Assembly: GCA_963675525.2 (NCBI GenBank)
Contig: CAXXSL010000011.1
Span: 192,001-256,000 of the forward strand
Length of the DNA stretch: 64,000 nt
Reading direction: 5' to 3'
Origin: Anaerohalosphaeraceae bacterium
Lineage (GTDB): Bacteria; Planctomycetota; Phycisphaerae; Sedimentisphaerales; Anaerohalosphaeraceae
Position numbers and translations under genes: made by a program. The stretch's first letter is position 1. Every line of letters starts with the position of its first letter. The notes below the pieces were generated by a model. It was not told the DNA's origin, did not search any database, and saw only the letters and a program-made list of their open reading frames with translations. Shown in pieces: positions 36,636 through 47,061 of this stretch.

Positions 36636-37079
36636 TTACAATTTCCACAGGGGCAGGCCGGTTGGGTCGTCGTGTTCGCGGAGGAACGCGGGGCCTTCGC
36701 AAGCGGTTATCGTAAACTCGCAGGCGAAAACGATCGTTCCGGCGGCCAGATGTCCGGCGAAACAGACGCACTGGTCATCCGACAGGATGACATGGGCATG
36801 CACCATCGGCTTGCCGTCCCGCAGCGAGATGTTTCCTGACAGAGAGGCGATTTCCAGATGCTTATCGATCTCGGAAAACCGGTACTGATACCGGGCCTGA
36901 TCGTAATAGCCGATGCATGCCTTCTGCACGGCCCCGATGGCCGTAACGGTCCCCAGCACGATCTTTTCTTTGTGACAGATGTCGGTCAACTCCCCAAGCA
37001 GGTCACTGCCATGCGATAATTTGCCCATTATGATTTGCTTCGACTGAATTGTTTTATAGACTGCCATCGTTATCCCCAT
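36636..37079 (-). CDS. PPC-domain (DUF296) protein
   Basis: AIGAV, EIASLSGNIS, HAHVILSD and GHL motifs. Confidence 0.9.
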   Translation of the reverse strand: MGITMAVYKTIQSKQIIMGKLSHGSDLLGELTDICHKEKIVLGTVTAIGAVQKACIGYYDQARYQYRFSEIDKHLEIASLSGNISLRDGKPMVHAHVILSDDQCVCFAGHLAAGTIVFACEFTITACEGPAFLREHDDPTGLPLWKL

Positions 37080-37104
37080 TTATCATTTTATTTGATATTT
37101 TGTA

Positions 37105-37410
37105 TTAGATAGAACGAATAAAGAGACCATAGATTAAAGCACAGCCCATATATGCTACTAACACAAAGAAAAACGAATAAAACACTATGAAAAATACATA
37201 ACGAATTGGTTCTTTTCTAAAATCATACTTCCAATCATTGGTAAGTTCAAATGATTTATTCTTCAATCCTTCAATGACCTGTACTGCTAAACAAAGGGAT
37301 ATATATAGCAGAAATATTACGGCTACTAAATTAAAAAGGATTTCCGGGATACTTAATGCTAATGTAATGTACGGTATAAACAATGCATTCTCCCCTGTAT
37401 AACTTAGCAT
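37105..37410 (-). CDS. Small hypothetical membrane protein
   Basis: AT-rich ORF with two hydrophobic segments. Confidence 0.55.
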   Translation of the reverse strand: MLSYTGENALFIPYITLALSIPEILFNLVAVIFLLYISLCLAVQVIEGLKNKSFELTNDWKYDFRKEPIRYVFFIVFYSFFFVLVAYMGCALIYGLFIRSI

Positions 37411-37458
37411 AGGATCACCTTATCTTAATAACATTAAATTTCGATAATTATACTTCTC

Positions 37459-37893
37459 TTATTTTTTGTTCTCTAATAGATTGTAAACATCAGGCGCAGA
37501 CTTGCGAGCAATTCGTTTTGCAATATAGAGTCCTGGGAAAAAGATAATAGCTGTACCTATTAGATAACCAATCCCTATATTTATTCTTAAAACAAAACTA
37601 TCTGATATCCGAACTTTTTCACCATTTGAAAACACATATTTCCCGTCTTCAAAGCCTACGACTTTTATGTTTTCCGTTTGGACACGTTTTTGATCATAGA
37701 CAATGTAAGGAGCAATATCATCTCCCATTTTCGCTCCTATGATACCCCCTAGAAGGGCTGATGGAAGTAAAATCATTATAGCTATTACCAAAAAAGAAAA
37801 TATGTTCCTATGGAAATGAGAAAACAAAATTGTCACCCCGAGTAAGAAGAATTCGATGGCAATCAACCACACAATGGTTTGTAAGATATCCAT
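37459..37893 (-). CDS. Hypothetical membrane protein
   Basis: GAGG RBS; three hydrophobic segments. Confidence 0.65.
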   Translation of the reverse strand: MDILQTIVWLIAIEFFLLGVTILFSHFHRNIFSFLVIAIMILLPSALLGGIIGAKMGDDIAPYIVYDQKRVQTENIKVVGFEDGKYVFSNGEKVRISDSFVLRINIGIGYLIGTAIIFFPGLYIAKRIARKSAPDVYNLLENKK

Positions 37894-38346
37894 ATATCAA
37901 CCTCATTCAGAGTTATAGTCTGCTCTTTTAAACGCCGATTGCAATCAAACTGTTGCGATAATTTATGGGAATCTCCTTATTACATTTTTTGAAATATGGG
38001 CCACCCTATTGAGGTATTATAGGCTCTATAATATACGGGGCAATAAGAAAAATCGGAGTGTTTTGGATTGTTCGACCCCGTTGGGATTGTGGGAGTCTTC
38101 CATGGCTTTCGCTTCGCGAGAAGCCATGCCACCCGAAACTATACAGGCTGTTGCTGTGGAGGGTTATTATTTATTGTGGGGTATGCGTTCCCTGCGCTGG
38201 CGCTTCGGGCTTTTGTCGAGGATGCTCAAAATACGTGGGATAATAACATTCCCGTTTGATAGACGGCGAGGGTTATTATGTAGGCCAATGCGGTGAGGCC
38301 GAGGTATTGGAATGCGGCCCATTTCCATGTGCCGGACTCTTTGCGG

Positions 38347-38483
38347 GTGATGGGGACCGTCGCCACGCACCGCGCGGTCAACGTCCCCGGCAAAGGCCTC
38401 ATCTACAAAAATGCCAAAAGACCGCAACCATTGATGAGTCAAATCTCCTGGATGCTCTGAATCAGGAAATCGAAAAATACTGA
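38347..38483 (+). pseudogene. Degenerate duplicate of the ispG 3' end
   Basis: GTGATGGG..GCGGTCAACGTCCCCGGC-AAAGGCCTCATCTACAAAAA..., ending IDESNLLDALNQEIEKY* versus IspG VDEANLLDALAKEIEKF*. Confidence 0.8.
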
Positions 38484-38641
38484 CGACGCTATGACGTTTC
38501 CCTTTATCGTTTCGGATTTCAATAATCAGTGGTTTCGACAGAGCTTTTTCAGCGAAAAATCCAATTTTACTTGTATTGTTGGGAAAAAGGGGTATAATTA
38601 GCGGTAATCTACGAAATATCCTTAAAAAGGAGAGGCGTTCG

Positions 38642-39127
38642 ATGCAGGTAAATCTTGTATTCTTGAAAAAGGACGGCACCACCAGCAGTTTTGAACTTCC
38701 CAGCACCGTCACTTTTATCGGCAGACGGCAGGACTGTGATTTCTGTATTCCCCTGATGGTCGTATCCCGGCGGCACTGCGAGGTCAGCCAGGATTTCGGA
38801 AAGATCAGCGTGCGAGATCTGCGCAGCCGAAATGGAACACTGGTCAACGGCCAGCCGGTTGAGGAAACACAGCTTAAGGCCGGCGACGTATTAAAGATCG
38901 GACCGGTTGAATTCGTGATTCAGATCGATGGTGTTCCGGAAAGTTTTGAAGATTACCTGCCCGAACGAGAGGTCCAACCCGAAGTTCCAGCGACAGAACA
39001 AGTCCCAGATGAAAATTTCGCCAAAGCCATGGAAGATTTTTCGGATATCGATCTTGGAAAAAGCCAGACGGAATTAGCCAGCGATTTTTCCGAAAGCTTC
39101 GATTTCGATGAGGACTTCGATCTGTAG
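38642..39127 (+). CDS. FHA-domain protein with acidic tail
   Basis: AGGAG RBS; IGR, VSRRHC and DLRSRNGTLVNG motifs. Confidence 0.92.
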   Translation: MQVNLVFLKKDGTTSSFELPSTVTFIGRRQDCDFCIPLMVVSRRHCEVSQDFGKISVRDLRSRNGTLVNGQPVEETQLKAGDVLKIGPVEFVIQIDGVPESFEDYLPEREVQPEVPATEQVPDENFAKAMEDFSDIDLGKSQTELASDFSESFDFDEDFDL

Positions 39128-39198
39128 TCAGCGAGAACGATCCTCAAATCTCAACAATTCAGTTGCAAGCCCCCGCTCATCGGGGGTATTATGCTCCC

Positions 39199-40230
39199 AT
39201 GAGTCTAAACTTAAAAAACAAAACCTACTCTGACCTGCTCGAACTGGTTGTTGCGTATGAACAAAAGCCGTTTTGTGCCCAATATCTGTTTTCCTTCATC
39301 CACCAGAAAGATGCTATCGCTATTTCAGACATCAGTCCCCTGTCGAAACCCTTTCGGGAAAAACTCGCCCATGACGGATTTACGATCGCAGGCATCGAAT
39401 TGCTTGAACAGCACGACGATCCGGACGGCACGATCAAATTCGTCTTCGGCCTGCCCGGCGGGGCAAAGATCGAAACCGTCCGGCTCAAAGATGATGATCG
39501 CAACACACTGTGCATTTCGACACAGGCCGGTTGTCGAATGGGATGTAAATTTTGCGCAACCGGCCAACTGCAATTCCAGCGAAACCTGACCGCAGCCGAA
39601 ATTGTCGACCAGGTTTACAAAGCCGAAAAAGTCTGCGGGAGAATCAACAACCTCGTCTATATGGGTATGGGTGAACCACTGGATAACTATGATGAGGTCA
39701 TGCGGTCGGTGGATATTCTTAACCATGAAGACGGACGAAACATCGGCATCCGTCACATCACCCTGTCCACCTGCGGTCTGCCGGAAGAAATTAAAAAGCT
39801 GGCACTGTCAAGCTTGCAGCCGCGTCTGGCGGTCTCCCTGCATGCACCGGATGAGGCGACTCGCGCCAAGATCATGCGCATCGGTTCAAAATATCCGCTT
39901 AGCGAAGTGATGGCCGCATTGAAAACCTACCAAAACACCACGGGTAAACGCATTACGATTGAATACTGCATGATCGATCACGTGAACGACCGACCTGAAC
40001 ATGCTAAAGCCCTGGTAAAACTGCTAAGGCCGCTAAAGGTTAATGTCAATCTCATCGAACTGAATCCGTTTCCCGGCTGTCGATTCGAGCCATCCGGTTC
40101 AAAACAGATCCAGGCCTTTGCTAAAATCTTATCCGATGCTGGAATCGAAACAGTCATCCGTTTCAAACGCGGTCGAAGCATTAAAGCCGCCTGCGGCCAA
40201 CTTGGCGCAACATGGCTCACACAGAAATAA
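39199..40230 (+). CDS. rlmN: 23S rRNA m2A2503 / tRNA methyltransferase (radical SAM)
   Basis: CISTQAGCRMGCKFCATG, MGMGEP and AACGQL motifs. Confidence 0.93.
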   Translation: MSLNLKNKTYSDLLELVVAYEQKPFCAQYLFSFIHQKDAIAISDISPLSKPFREKLAHDGFTIAGIELLEQHDDPDGTIKFVFGLPGGAKIETVRLKDDDRNTLCISTQAGCRMGCKFCATGQLQFQRNLTAAEIVDQVYKAEKVCGRINNLVYMGMGEPLDNYDEVMRSVDILNHEDGRNIGIRHITLSTCGLPEEIKKLALSSLQPRLAVSLHAPDEATRAKIMRIGSKYPLSEVMAALKTYQNTTGKRITIEYCMIDHVNDRPEHAKALVKLLRPLKVNVNLIELNPFPGCRFEPSGSKQIQAFAKILSDAGIETVIRFKRGRSIKAACGQLGATWLTQK

Positions 40231-40255
40231 CTTATGAAAAAACGGAGAAGAAATT

Positions 40256-41203
40256 ATGGAATATCGCAAACTCGGTAAAACAGAACTGATGGTATCGCCG
40301 CTCTGTATCGGCGGCTGGCAATTGGCCGGACCGCTGTTTTTTGACGGCAAACCTGATGGACACCCCGACCCCGGCAAAGAAAACGTCCTGCGACTTATCA
40401 GCGAACTGGGAGACCGGGGGGTTAACTTTATTGACACCGCCGAACAATATGGAAACGGTGAATCGGAACGGCGAGTCGGGCAGGCTATTAAAGGCAAACG
40501 AGAAAAATGGGTCATTTCAACAAAATTCGGCTGCCGGGTCGTGGGCAAGGAAACACGTCTGGACGATTGCAGTCCTCCGACTATTTTGCCGAGCCTGGAA
40601 GGCTCGCTGAAACGGCTTCAAACGGACATGATCGACATCTATCTGTATCACTGCGCCCCGAAAGTCGAAGACCTGGACAAAAGCCGGGAAGTTCTGGAAC
40701 AGGCGAAAAAAGCCGGCAAGATTCGTTACTACGGTATTTCAACGCCCAATTTCGAGCTTATCAAAGCCCTGCACGAGCGTACCATGCTGGATGTCTTGCA
40801 GTACCCCACGAATATTCTAGAACCCCGGGCGGACATCGACAATTTTGTCAGCAAGCATAACATCGGCACACAGATACGCGGCGTCATGGCGCAGGGACGG
40901 CTCAGCGGAAAATATTTTCACAAGGCCGTAAAATGGCAAGGCGATGACAATCGCTCCAACTGGTTTCGGGATGTTGATTACCAGCAGTATGCCATTTTTG
41001 AAAAGGCTGTGCCGGAAGGCGTGACGATGGCGCAAGCAGTAATACGCTGGACACTGGACAATCCAGCCCATCACAGTATTTGTATGGGTGCCAAAAAGAT
41101 GGCCGACTATGAAACAGCGATTGAGGCGGCCCAAATGCCAGCGCTAACCCAAGAGACACGCAACCAATTAGAAAAATGCGCTGCGCAGCTAACAAACAAC
41201 TGA
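40256..41203 (+). CDS. Aldo/keto reductase
   Basis: IDTAEQYGNG, STKFG, SLKRLQTDMIDIY and GKIRYYGIS motifs. Confidence 0.92.
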   Translation: MEYRKLGKTELMVSPLCIGGWQLAGPLFFDGKPDGHPDPGKENVLRLISELGDRGVNFIDTAEQYGNGESERRVGQAIKGKREKWVISTKFGCRVVGKETRLDDCSPPTILPSLEGSLKRLQTDMIDIYLYHCAPKVEDLDKSREVLEQAKKAGKIRYYGISTPNFELIKALHERTMLDVLQYPTNILEPRADIDNFVSKHNIGTQIRGVMAQGRLSGKYFHKAVKWQGDDNRSNWFRDVDYQQYAIFEKAVPEGVTMAQAVIRWTLDNPAHHSICMGAKKMADYETAIEAAQMPALTQETRNQLEKCAAQLTNN

Positions 41204-41213
41204 CATGTGACTT

Positions 41214-41792
41214 TTAGACATTTCGATTGCGATACAGCGTCGGGTCAACCGTCTCGGCCATGGCTTCGAGATTTAATCCTCCGTCAAGGAAATCGTTTAT
41301 TTTTTCACACTGCGCCTGCGGACCATTGATCATGTCACGATGATTTAGATACAGCACTTTAAAATTGGGTTGTTCGTTGAGCCATTTATCGCACTTATCG
41401 AGTTCGGCCTTGAATAATGCCGCCATCTGTTCGTCGGGTATTGCACCGCCGGGTTTGCCGGAACGCTCGAGCATTTTTCTCTGTGATGCCAGCACTTCGG
41501 TCAAATCCCGCTGCAAGAAGACAACACGATACTCAAAATCAGCGGGCAAATTGTAAAGCAGGCGATACACCATCTTGACAACTTTACCCGCCGCTCCAGG
41601 GACCCACGAAGCATCTTCTTTGGTCTTTTTGACCGGCTCAAATTCATAATATCCTTTGGGATTATCCTCGTCCGCCTTGCGGATATTATCAATCACCGGT
41701 TCGATGCCGCCAGCATGGATCGCCTTCATCATCATTGACGTGCCGGATCGCGGCAGCCCTGAAACAATAATTACATAATTTCGCTTATCCAT
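41214..41792 (-). CDS. Sulfotransferase-family protein
   Basis: SGLPRSGTSMMM PAPS-binding loop; NPKGYYE. Confidence 0.85.
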   Translation of the reverse strand: MDKRNYVIIVSGLPRSGTSMMMKAIHAGGIEPVIDNIRKADEDNPKGYYEFEPVKKTKEDASWVPGAAGKVVKMVYRLLYNLPADFEYRVVFLQRDLTEVLASQRKMLERSGKPGGAIPDEQMAALFKAELDKCDKWLNEQPNFKVLYLNHRDMINGPQAQCEKINDFLDGGLNLEAMAETVDPTLYRNRNV

Positions 41793-41810
41793 ATTTTCCT
41801 TTTCCTCATG

Positions 41811-44555
41811 TTAAACCGTTTGGGGTTTTCGTTTTATCTGTTTAAAGAACTGTCCGACAACGCACGTCAATACACTGGCGACCAATACCAGCAGCCATCC
41901 CTTAATGCCCGGATGAGTCAGGCTTAGAACCTTCGCCGCCAACGGCATGTAAACCGCAATAATCAGCAGGCCTACACACGTTGCCAATGCTCCCCAGACA
42001 AAGGGATTATTCACAATCTCATTATCAAAGATATCCGTCCTTCGCCCTCGCATATTGAAAATATGCCACAACTGCGAAAGGGCCAGTGTCAAAAACGACA
42101 CCGTCACTGCCTGCTCTCGCTCCATCCCCATTTTAAACGCCAGGCCGAAAGCAAGCATCGTCGAAAAAGTAATCAACAGCCCGTAGCTGAAAATTGAGGT
42201 CCATCCACTTTTATTTAAAATCGGCTCATCTGAAGAGCGGGGGGTTGCTTCCATTACCCCGGGGTTACCTTTCCCCGCCCCAAGCGCCAGAGCCGGAAAG
42301 ACATCGGTCACCAGATTCAAAAATAAAATCTGCAGCGGCAGAATCGGCAGCGGCGCGTTGACCACCGAAGCGGCAAAAACCACCATGACCTCACTGATAT
42401 TGCAAGACAACAGATAGACAACGAACTTCCGGATATTCTCAAATATAATCCGACCCTGCTCAACCGCGACAACAATCGTGGAAAACGCATCGTCTTTCAA
42501 GACCATGTCCGCCGCTTCACGGGCCACCTGCGTGCCGCGCAAGCCCATGGCAATCCCAATATCGGCCTTTTTTAACGCCGGCGCATCATTCACGCCGTCG
42601 CCGGTCATGGCCACCACCGCCCCGGCCTGTTGATGAATCGCAATCAAATCCAGCTTTTGTTTGGGACTGACACGCGCAAACACCGGGGTCTGTCGATATC
42701 GCTGCTGCTCTTCAGGCGACAGCTCTTCGATAGGTTTGATGTCTTTGCCAGCAATAACGACATTCTCATCACCATCTGTTAATCCTACGGACGCGGCGAT
42801 GCTGAGAGCGGTTTTTGGATGGTCGCCGGTAACCATAACAATCTGAATCCCCGCATGTTGACAGGCGCGGATCGCATCGCGGACATCTTCCCGGGCCGGG
42901 TCTTCCATGCAAACCAGGCCCACAAATTCAAGATTTTGATAGGGGTCGGCTTCCAGTGAGGCTTCTTCTTTGATTGCCAGAGCCAGTACCCGGTACCCCT
43001 TTTCAGCCAGTTCTTCATTTCGCCGCAGCCAATACGATCTCCATTTCTCATCCATCGGTTGAGGACCTGTTTCGGTCGCAACGGTTGAAGCGTCGGCAAG
43101 AATCGTCTCTACGGCTCCCTTGACCGCAACCCAGTAACTATTGCCAAACCGGTTGAAGGTTGCCATCCGTTTCGTATCCGAATCAAAGGCGTCCTCCTGC
43201 TCTTCGGGGAATTTCTGATTGAGTTTTTCGTAATCAATTGACGCTTTCCGGGCCGCGATCAACAAGGCCACTTCGAGCGGGTCTCCAATGCCCGTTGAAT
43301 CGCCCTGCTCATTCTTCAGAGATGCATTGCTGCACAGTATGCCAATTTCAAGTGCCTTCGTGATGCGTTCATGGCGAAGCGGGTCAATGGTCTGCCCGTC
43401 AATCAAAAATTCCGCGCGGCCCTGTTCATCGAAAGCGGTAATTTTAACATCCTGGTCGGACAAAATCAGGCCGGTTACCGTCATCTTATTTTCGGTAAGC
43501 GTTCCGGTCTTATCGGTACAAATGACACTGACCCCGCCCAGTGTTTCCACCGCCGCCAATTCATTGACAATCGCATTCCTCCGGGCCATCCGCATCATCC
43601 CACGTGCCAGTGCCAGCGTCGCCACAATCGGAAGACCTTCGGGAATCGCCGCCACCGCCAGTGCAATAGCGGTCTCAATCATCACCATGGGATTCTTGCC
43701 GCGAACAATCCCAACCGCGGCGATAATGACAATCAATACCAGCGTCACCCAAAGCAAATTTCGCCCCAGCAGGTCCAGCCGTTTTTCCAGCGGGGTTACC
43801 TCATCCTCGGCCTTTTGAACGAGGTCCGTAATGTGTCCCAGTTCCGTTTCCATGCCGGTCGCGGTGACAATCGCCTCGCCGGAACCGCGTGTGATGGCCG
43901 TCCCTTTAAAGAGCATGTTCGTACGATCCGCCAATCCCGCAGATTCGTCAATCGGCTCGATTCGCTTGGACACCGGCATAGATTCCCCGGTCAGCACGGA
44001 CTCATCGGCCTGAAGCTTGCCCGAGACCAGCAGCCGCATATCGGCGCTGACAATGTCGCCGCCTTCGAGAATCACGACATCCCCCGGCACTAACTGAACA
44101 GCCGGGATTTCTCGAATCTTCCCATTGCGGCGGACCTTTGCGGTCACCCGTTCCATTTGATGCAGCGATTCCATCGAACGAATCGCTTTTAACTCCATGA
44201 AAAAACCGATCGCCGTATTGATGGCAATAACACCGGTAATCGCCAACCCATCCATCCACTCATGGAATGCAAATGACAACAGCGCAGCGGCCGCCAGCAG
44301 AATCACAATCAGGCTTTTAACTTGATTCAGCAGGATTTGGCTAAGATGCACCTTTTCGGCCTGGCGAAGACGATTCAGTCCATACAGTTTAACAAACCGC
44401 AAAACCTGCCTGTCTTTGAGCCCTTTGTCACGCGCAACATCAAAGTGCTGTAAAATAGCGTCGGTATCCTGTCCCCATGGACTCATAATAACGCTTGCCT
44501 TTTCCGGATTCATTCTGTAGGCCTCAATTCCTGTCTCATCATTTCGCGGTTTCAA
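41811..44555 (-). CDS. Type II (Ca2+-like) cation-transporting P-type ATPase (start may be ATG 44513)
   Basis: TGES, PEGL, DKTGTLT, TGDH and TGDGVNDAPALKKAD motifs. Confidence 0.95.
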   Translation of the reverse strand: MKPRNDETGIEAYRMNPEKASVIMSPWGQDTDAILQHFDVARDKGLKDRQVLRFVKLYGLNRLRQAEKVHLSQILLNQVKSLIVILLAAAALLSFAFHEWMDGLAITGVIAINTAIGFFMELKAIRSMESLHQMERVTAKVRRNGKIREIPAVQLVPGDVVILEGGDIVSADMRLLVSGKLQADESVLTGESMPVSKRIEPIDESAGLADRTNMLFKGTAITRGSGEAIVTATGMETELGHITDLVQKAEDEVTPLEKRLDLLGRNLLWVTLVLIVIIAAVGIVRGKNPMVMIETAIALAVAAIPEGLPIVATLALARGMMRMARRNAIVNELAAVETLGGVSVICTDKTGTLTENKMTVTGLILSDQDVKITAFDEQGRAEFLIDGQTIDPLRHERITKALEIGILCSNASLKNEQGDSTGIGDPLEVALLIAARKASIDYEKLNQKFPEEQEDAFDSDTKRMATFNRFGNSYWVAVKGAVETILADASTVATETGPQPMDEKWRSYWLRRNEELAEKGYRVLALAIKEEASLEADPYQNLEFVGLVCMEDPAREDVRDAIRACQHAGIQIVMVTGDHPKTALSIAASVGLTDGDENVVIAGKDIKPIEELSPEEQQRYRQTPVFARVSPKQKLDLIAIHQQAGAVVAMTGDGVNDAPALKKADIGIAMGLRGTQVAREAADMVLKDDAFSTIVVAVEQGRIIFENIRKFVVYLLSCNISEVMVVFAASVVNAPLPILPLQILFLNLVTDVFPALALGAGKGNPGVMEATPRSSDEPILNKSGWTSIFSYGLLITFSTMLAFGLAFKMGMEREQAVTVSFLTLALSQLWHIFNMRGRRTDIFDNEIVNNPFVWGALATCVGLLIIAVYMPLAAKVLSLTHPGIKGWLLVLVASVLTCVVGQFFKQIKRKPQTV

Positions 44556-44736
44556 AACAACAATCTGTCTTTATAATAACGAACGAATATAGTCTGTGTT
44601 GCATTCATAATCGGCATGTCTGAAAATACCCCTTTTTCATCGTGATTTCAAGCACATTCACAAATCCTCTTGAAAAGACTGCTCTTTCTGGTACGATAAC
44701 ACCATAAAATTCAATCTTCAGGGATAGACGGATATT

Positions 44737-45924
44737 ATGAAAACATACGAACAGATCAGTGACCGCATCGAATCCGGCAAGGCCGTGGTTTTAACGGCTG
44801 ACGAAATCGCCGATTACGTGGACAAAAAAGGGCTTCAAGCCGCGGCTAAAGAGGTGGACGTTGTGACAACGGCCACCTTCGGGCCCATGTGCTCGTCGGG
44901 CTGCTTTTTGAACTTTGGCCATTCCAAACCCAAAATCCGCATGTCAGAGGCATGGATTCAGGATGTTCTGGTTTATACCGGCATTGCGGCGGTGGATGTG
45001 TATCTGGGAGCAACCCAGCTTCGGCATGGTGACCCGGCCAATATGTATCCGCCGGGAGAATTCCGGTATGGCGGCGGCCATGTCATGGAGGACCTTATCG
45101 CAGGCAAGTCGCTTCAGTTGTTCGCCCTGTCTTACGGCACCGACTGCTATCCGCTGCGTGAACTGAGGACCTATTTTACTATTCAGGATTTGAACCAGGC
45201 CATCATGGTCAATCCCCGAAATTGCTACCAGAACTATAATGTGGCGATCAACAATTCGGACCGGACGATCTATACCTACATGGGCCGGTTGGAACCGAAT
45301 CAGAAAAATGCCAACTACTGCTCTGCCGGTCAGCTTTCGCCGCTGTTGAATGACCCTACCTATGAAACCATCGGCATCGGCACACGCGTCTGGCTGGGAG
45401 GGGCGCAGGGTCATGTTTATGCAGAGGGAACCCAACACGCCGGCGGATGCGAACGAACGCCGGGCGGGGTTCCCGTCGAAGGCGCAGGAACGCTGGCATT
45501 GACGGCCGATATGAAACAGATGAAACAGGAGTTTGTCCGCGGCGTCAGTTTTCCCGGTTATGGTGTCTCACTGGCACTGGGTGTTGGAATCCCGATCCCG
45601 ATATTGAATGAAGACATCCTCAAGCGGACGTGTGTGCGGGACCGGGATATTCTGGCGCCCGTCATTGATTACAGTTCAGATTACCCGCAAAAAACCGGTA
45701 ATATCATTTGTCAGGTCAACTACGAGCAACTGCGCAGCGGAGAAATACAAATCAACGGCAAAAAAGTACAGGTCGGGTCGCTATCGTCCTACTATAAGGC
45801 ACTGGAGATCGCCAATCTGCTGGCTGACGAAATTCGACGAGGTGATTTCCAGATTACCAAACCAATCGCCGCGCTGCCGAAAGATAAGACCATGAAGCCG
45901 CTTATCAAAAGGAAACAAAAATAA
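44737..45924 (+). CDS. Homocysteine biosynthesis protein (DUF39; aspartate-semialdehyde sulfurtransferase)
   Basis: VDVVTTATFGPMCSSG, PRNCYQNY and GQLSPLLNDP motifs. Confidence 0.88.
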   Translation: MKTYEQISDRIESGKAVVLTADEIADYVDKKGLQAAAKEVDVVTTATFGPMCSSGCFLNFGHSKPKIRMSEAWIQDVLVYTGIAAVDVYLGATQLRHGDPANMYPPGEFRYGGGHVMEDLIAGKSLQLFALSYGTDCYPLRELRTYFTIQDLNQAIMVNPRNCYQNYNVAINNSDRTIYTYMGRLEPNQKNANYCSAGQLSPLLNDPTYETIGIGTRVWLGGAQGHVYAEGTQHAGGCERTPGGVPVEGAGTLALTADMKQMKQEFVRGVSFPGYGVSLALGVGIPIPILNEDILKRTCVRDRDILAPVIDYSSDYPQKTGNIICQVNYEQLRSGEIQINGKKVQVGSLSSYYKALEIANLLADEIRRGDFQITKPIAALPKDKTMKPLIKRKQK

Positions 45925-46343
45925 TGAGTGAGATGATTACGAAAAAACTCATGTTGTATTTTCCGAAGTGTGAATGCGAGAAACCGATTATCTATCATTT
46001 GGTAAAAGATTATGACCTCGTCGTCAATGTCTTTCGCGCGAAAGTGACACCGGAAGAAGAAGGCTTCCTCGTCCTCGATGTCACGGGCACAGAAGCACAG
46101 ATACAACGCGGTATTGATTTTGTCAAGACCTTCAATGTAACTGTTAATTTCAGCGGCAAAGGCGTCACGCGGGACGAGACAAAATGCACCCATTGCGGCT
46201 ATTGTGTTCCCTACTGTCCCACCGGTGCCCTGAATATTCTCGACGGCCAAACCCGGCAAGTTGTTTACGATGAATCCAAATGTATCGAGTGCCTGGCATG
46301 TGTCCGCGTTTGTCCCTACGGTGCGTGTACGGCGGCGTTCTAA
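45924..46343 (+). CDS. NIL-domain 2x[4Fe-4S] ferredoxin (partner of DUF39)
   Basis: NIL N-terminus; CTHCGYCVPYCP and CIECLACVRVCP. Confidence 0.9.
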   Translation: MSEMITKKLMLYFPKCECEKPIIYHLVKDYDLVVNVFRAKVTPEEEGFLVLDVTGTEAQIQRGIDFVKTFNVTVNFSGKGVTRDETKCTHCGYCVPYCPTGALNILDGQTRQVVYDESKCIECLACVRVCPYGACTAAF

Positions 46344-46352
46344 ACAAACCGC

Positions 46353-47054
46353 ATGAATCGCAAACGAACCTACAAAACATTTATTCATAAAGAGGCGGTC
46401 TTTCGCATCTGCTGTGATTGCTTTGACGTGGTGACACAGGAAATTCTCCGGCAGCGTAAAACACTGGAGGACTATATTCAAACCCAGCCGGATTTTCAGC
46501 ATGCGATGAAGCCGGTTGAACTGCGGCCCGACGCTCCCGAAGCGGTACAACGCATGGCCCGTGCGGCGGCGCTGGTCGGCGTGGGTCCGATGGCGGCGGT
46601 AGCGGGCGTTATGGCACAACTTGCCGCCGAAGCCGGTCTCGGAGCCGGCGCCGAAGAAGCTATCGTTGAAAACGGCGGCGATATTTATCTGCAAACTATC
46701 GAACCGGTTGTCATCGGCCTTTTTTCCGGCGGCTCTGAAAAAATTAATCAACTTGCATTTGAATTACAACCCGACAGCACACCCGTTTCCATCTGTTCAT
46801 CCTCCGGCAAAATGGGACATTCGATGAGTCTGGGACATTGCGATCTGGCAACCGTTGTCGCCAAAGACGCCGCCCTGGCGGATGCGGCCGCGACACACGC
46901 CGCAAATCTCGTCAGGAAAAGCGACGAAGTCGAAGCTGCATTAAATCAAATTGTAAGCATTGAAGGCATTGATGGCGTCCTGATTGTCAAAGACGGACAC
47001 GTGGGACTGGCCGGAAAACTGCCCCCTTTGACCAAAAGAACAACTCCAAACTAA
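46353..47054 (+). CDS. UPF0280/ApbE-like protein
   Basis: GPMAAVAG, ENGGDI, ICSSSG and LADAAAT motifs. Confidence 0.88.
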   Translation: MNRKRTYKTFIHKEAVFRICCDCFDVVTQEILRQRKTLEDYIQTQPDFQHAMKPVELRPDAPEAVQRMARAAALVGVGPMAAVAGVMAQLAAEAGLGAGAEEAIVENGGDIYLQTIEPVVIGLFSGGSEKINQLAFELQPDSTPVSICSSSGKMGHSMSLGHCDLATVVAKDAALADAAATHAANLVRKSDEVEAALNQIVSIEGIDGVLIVKDGHVGLAGKLPPLTKRTTPN

Positions 47055-47061
47055 CTTAATT

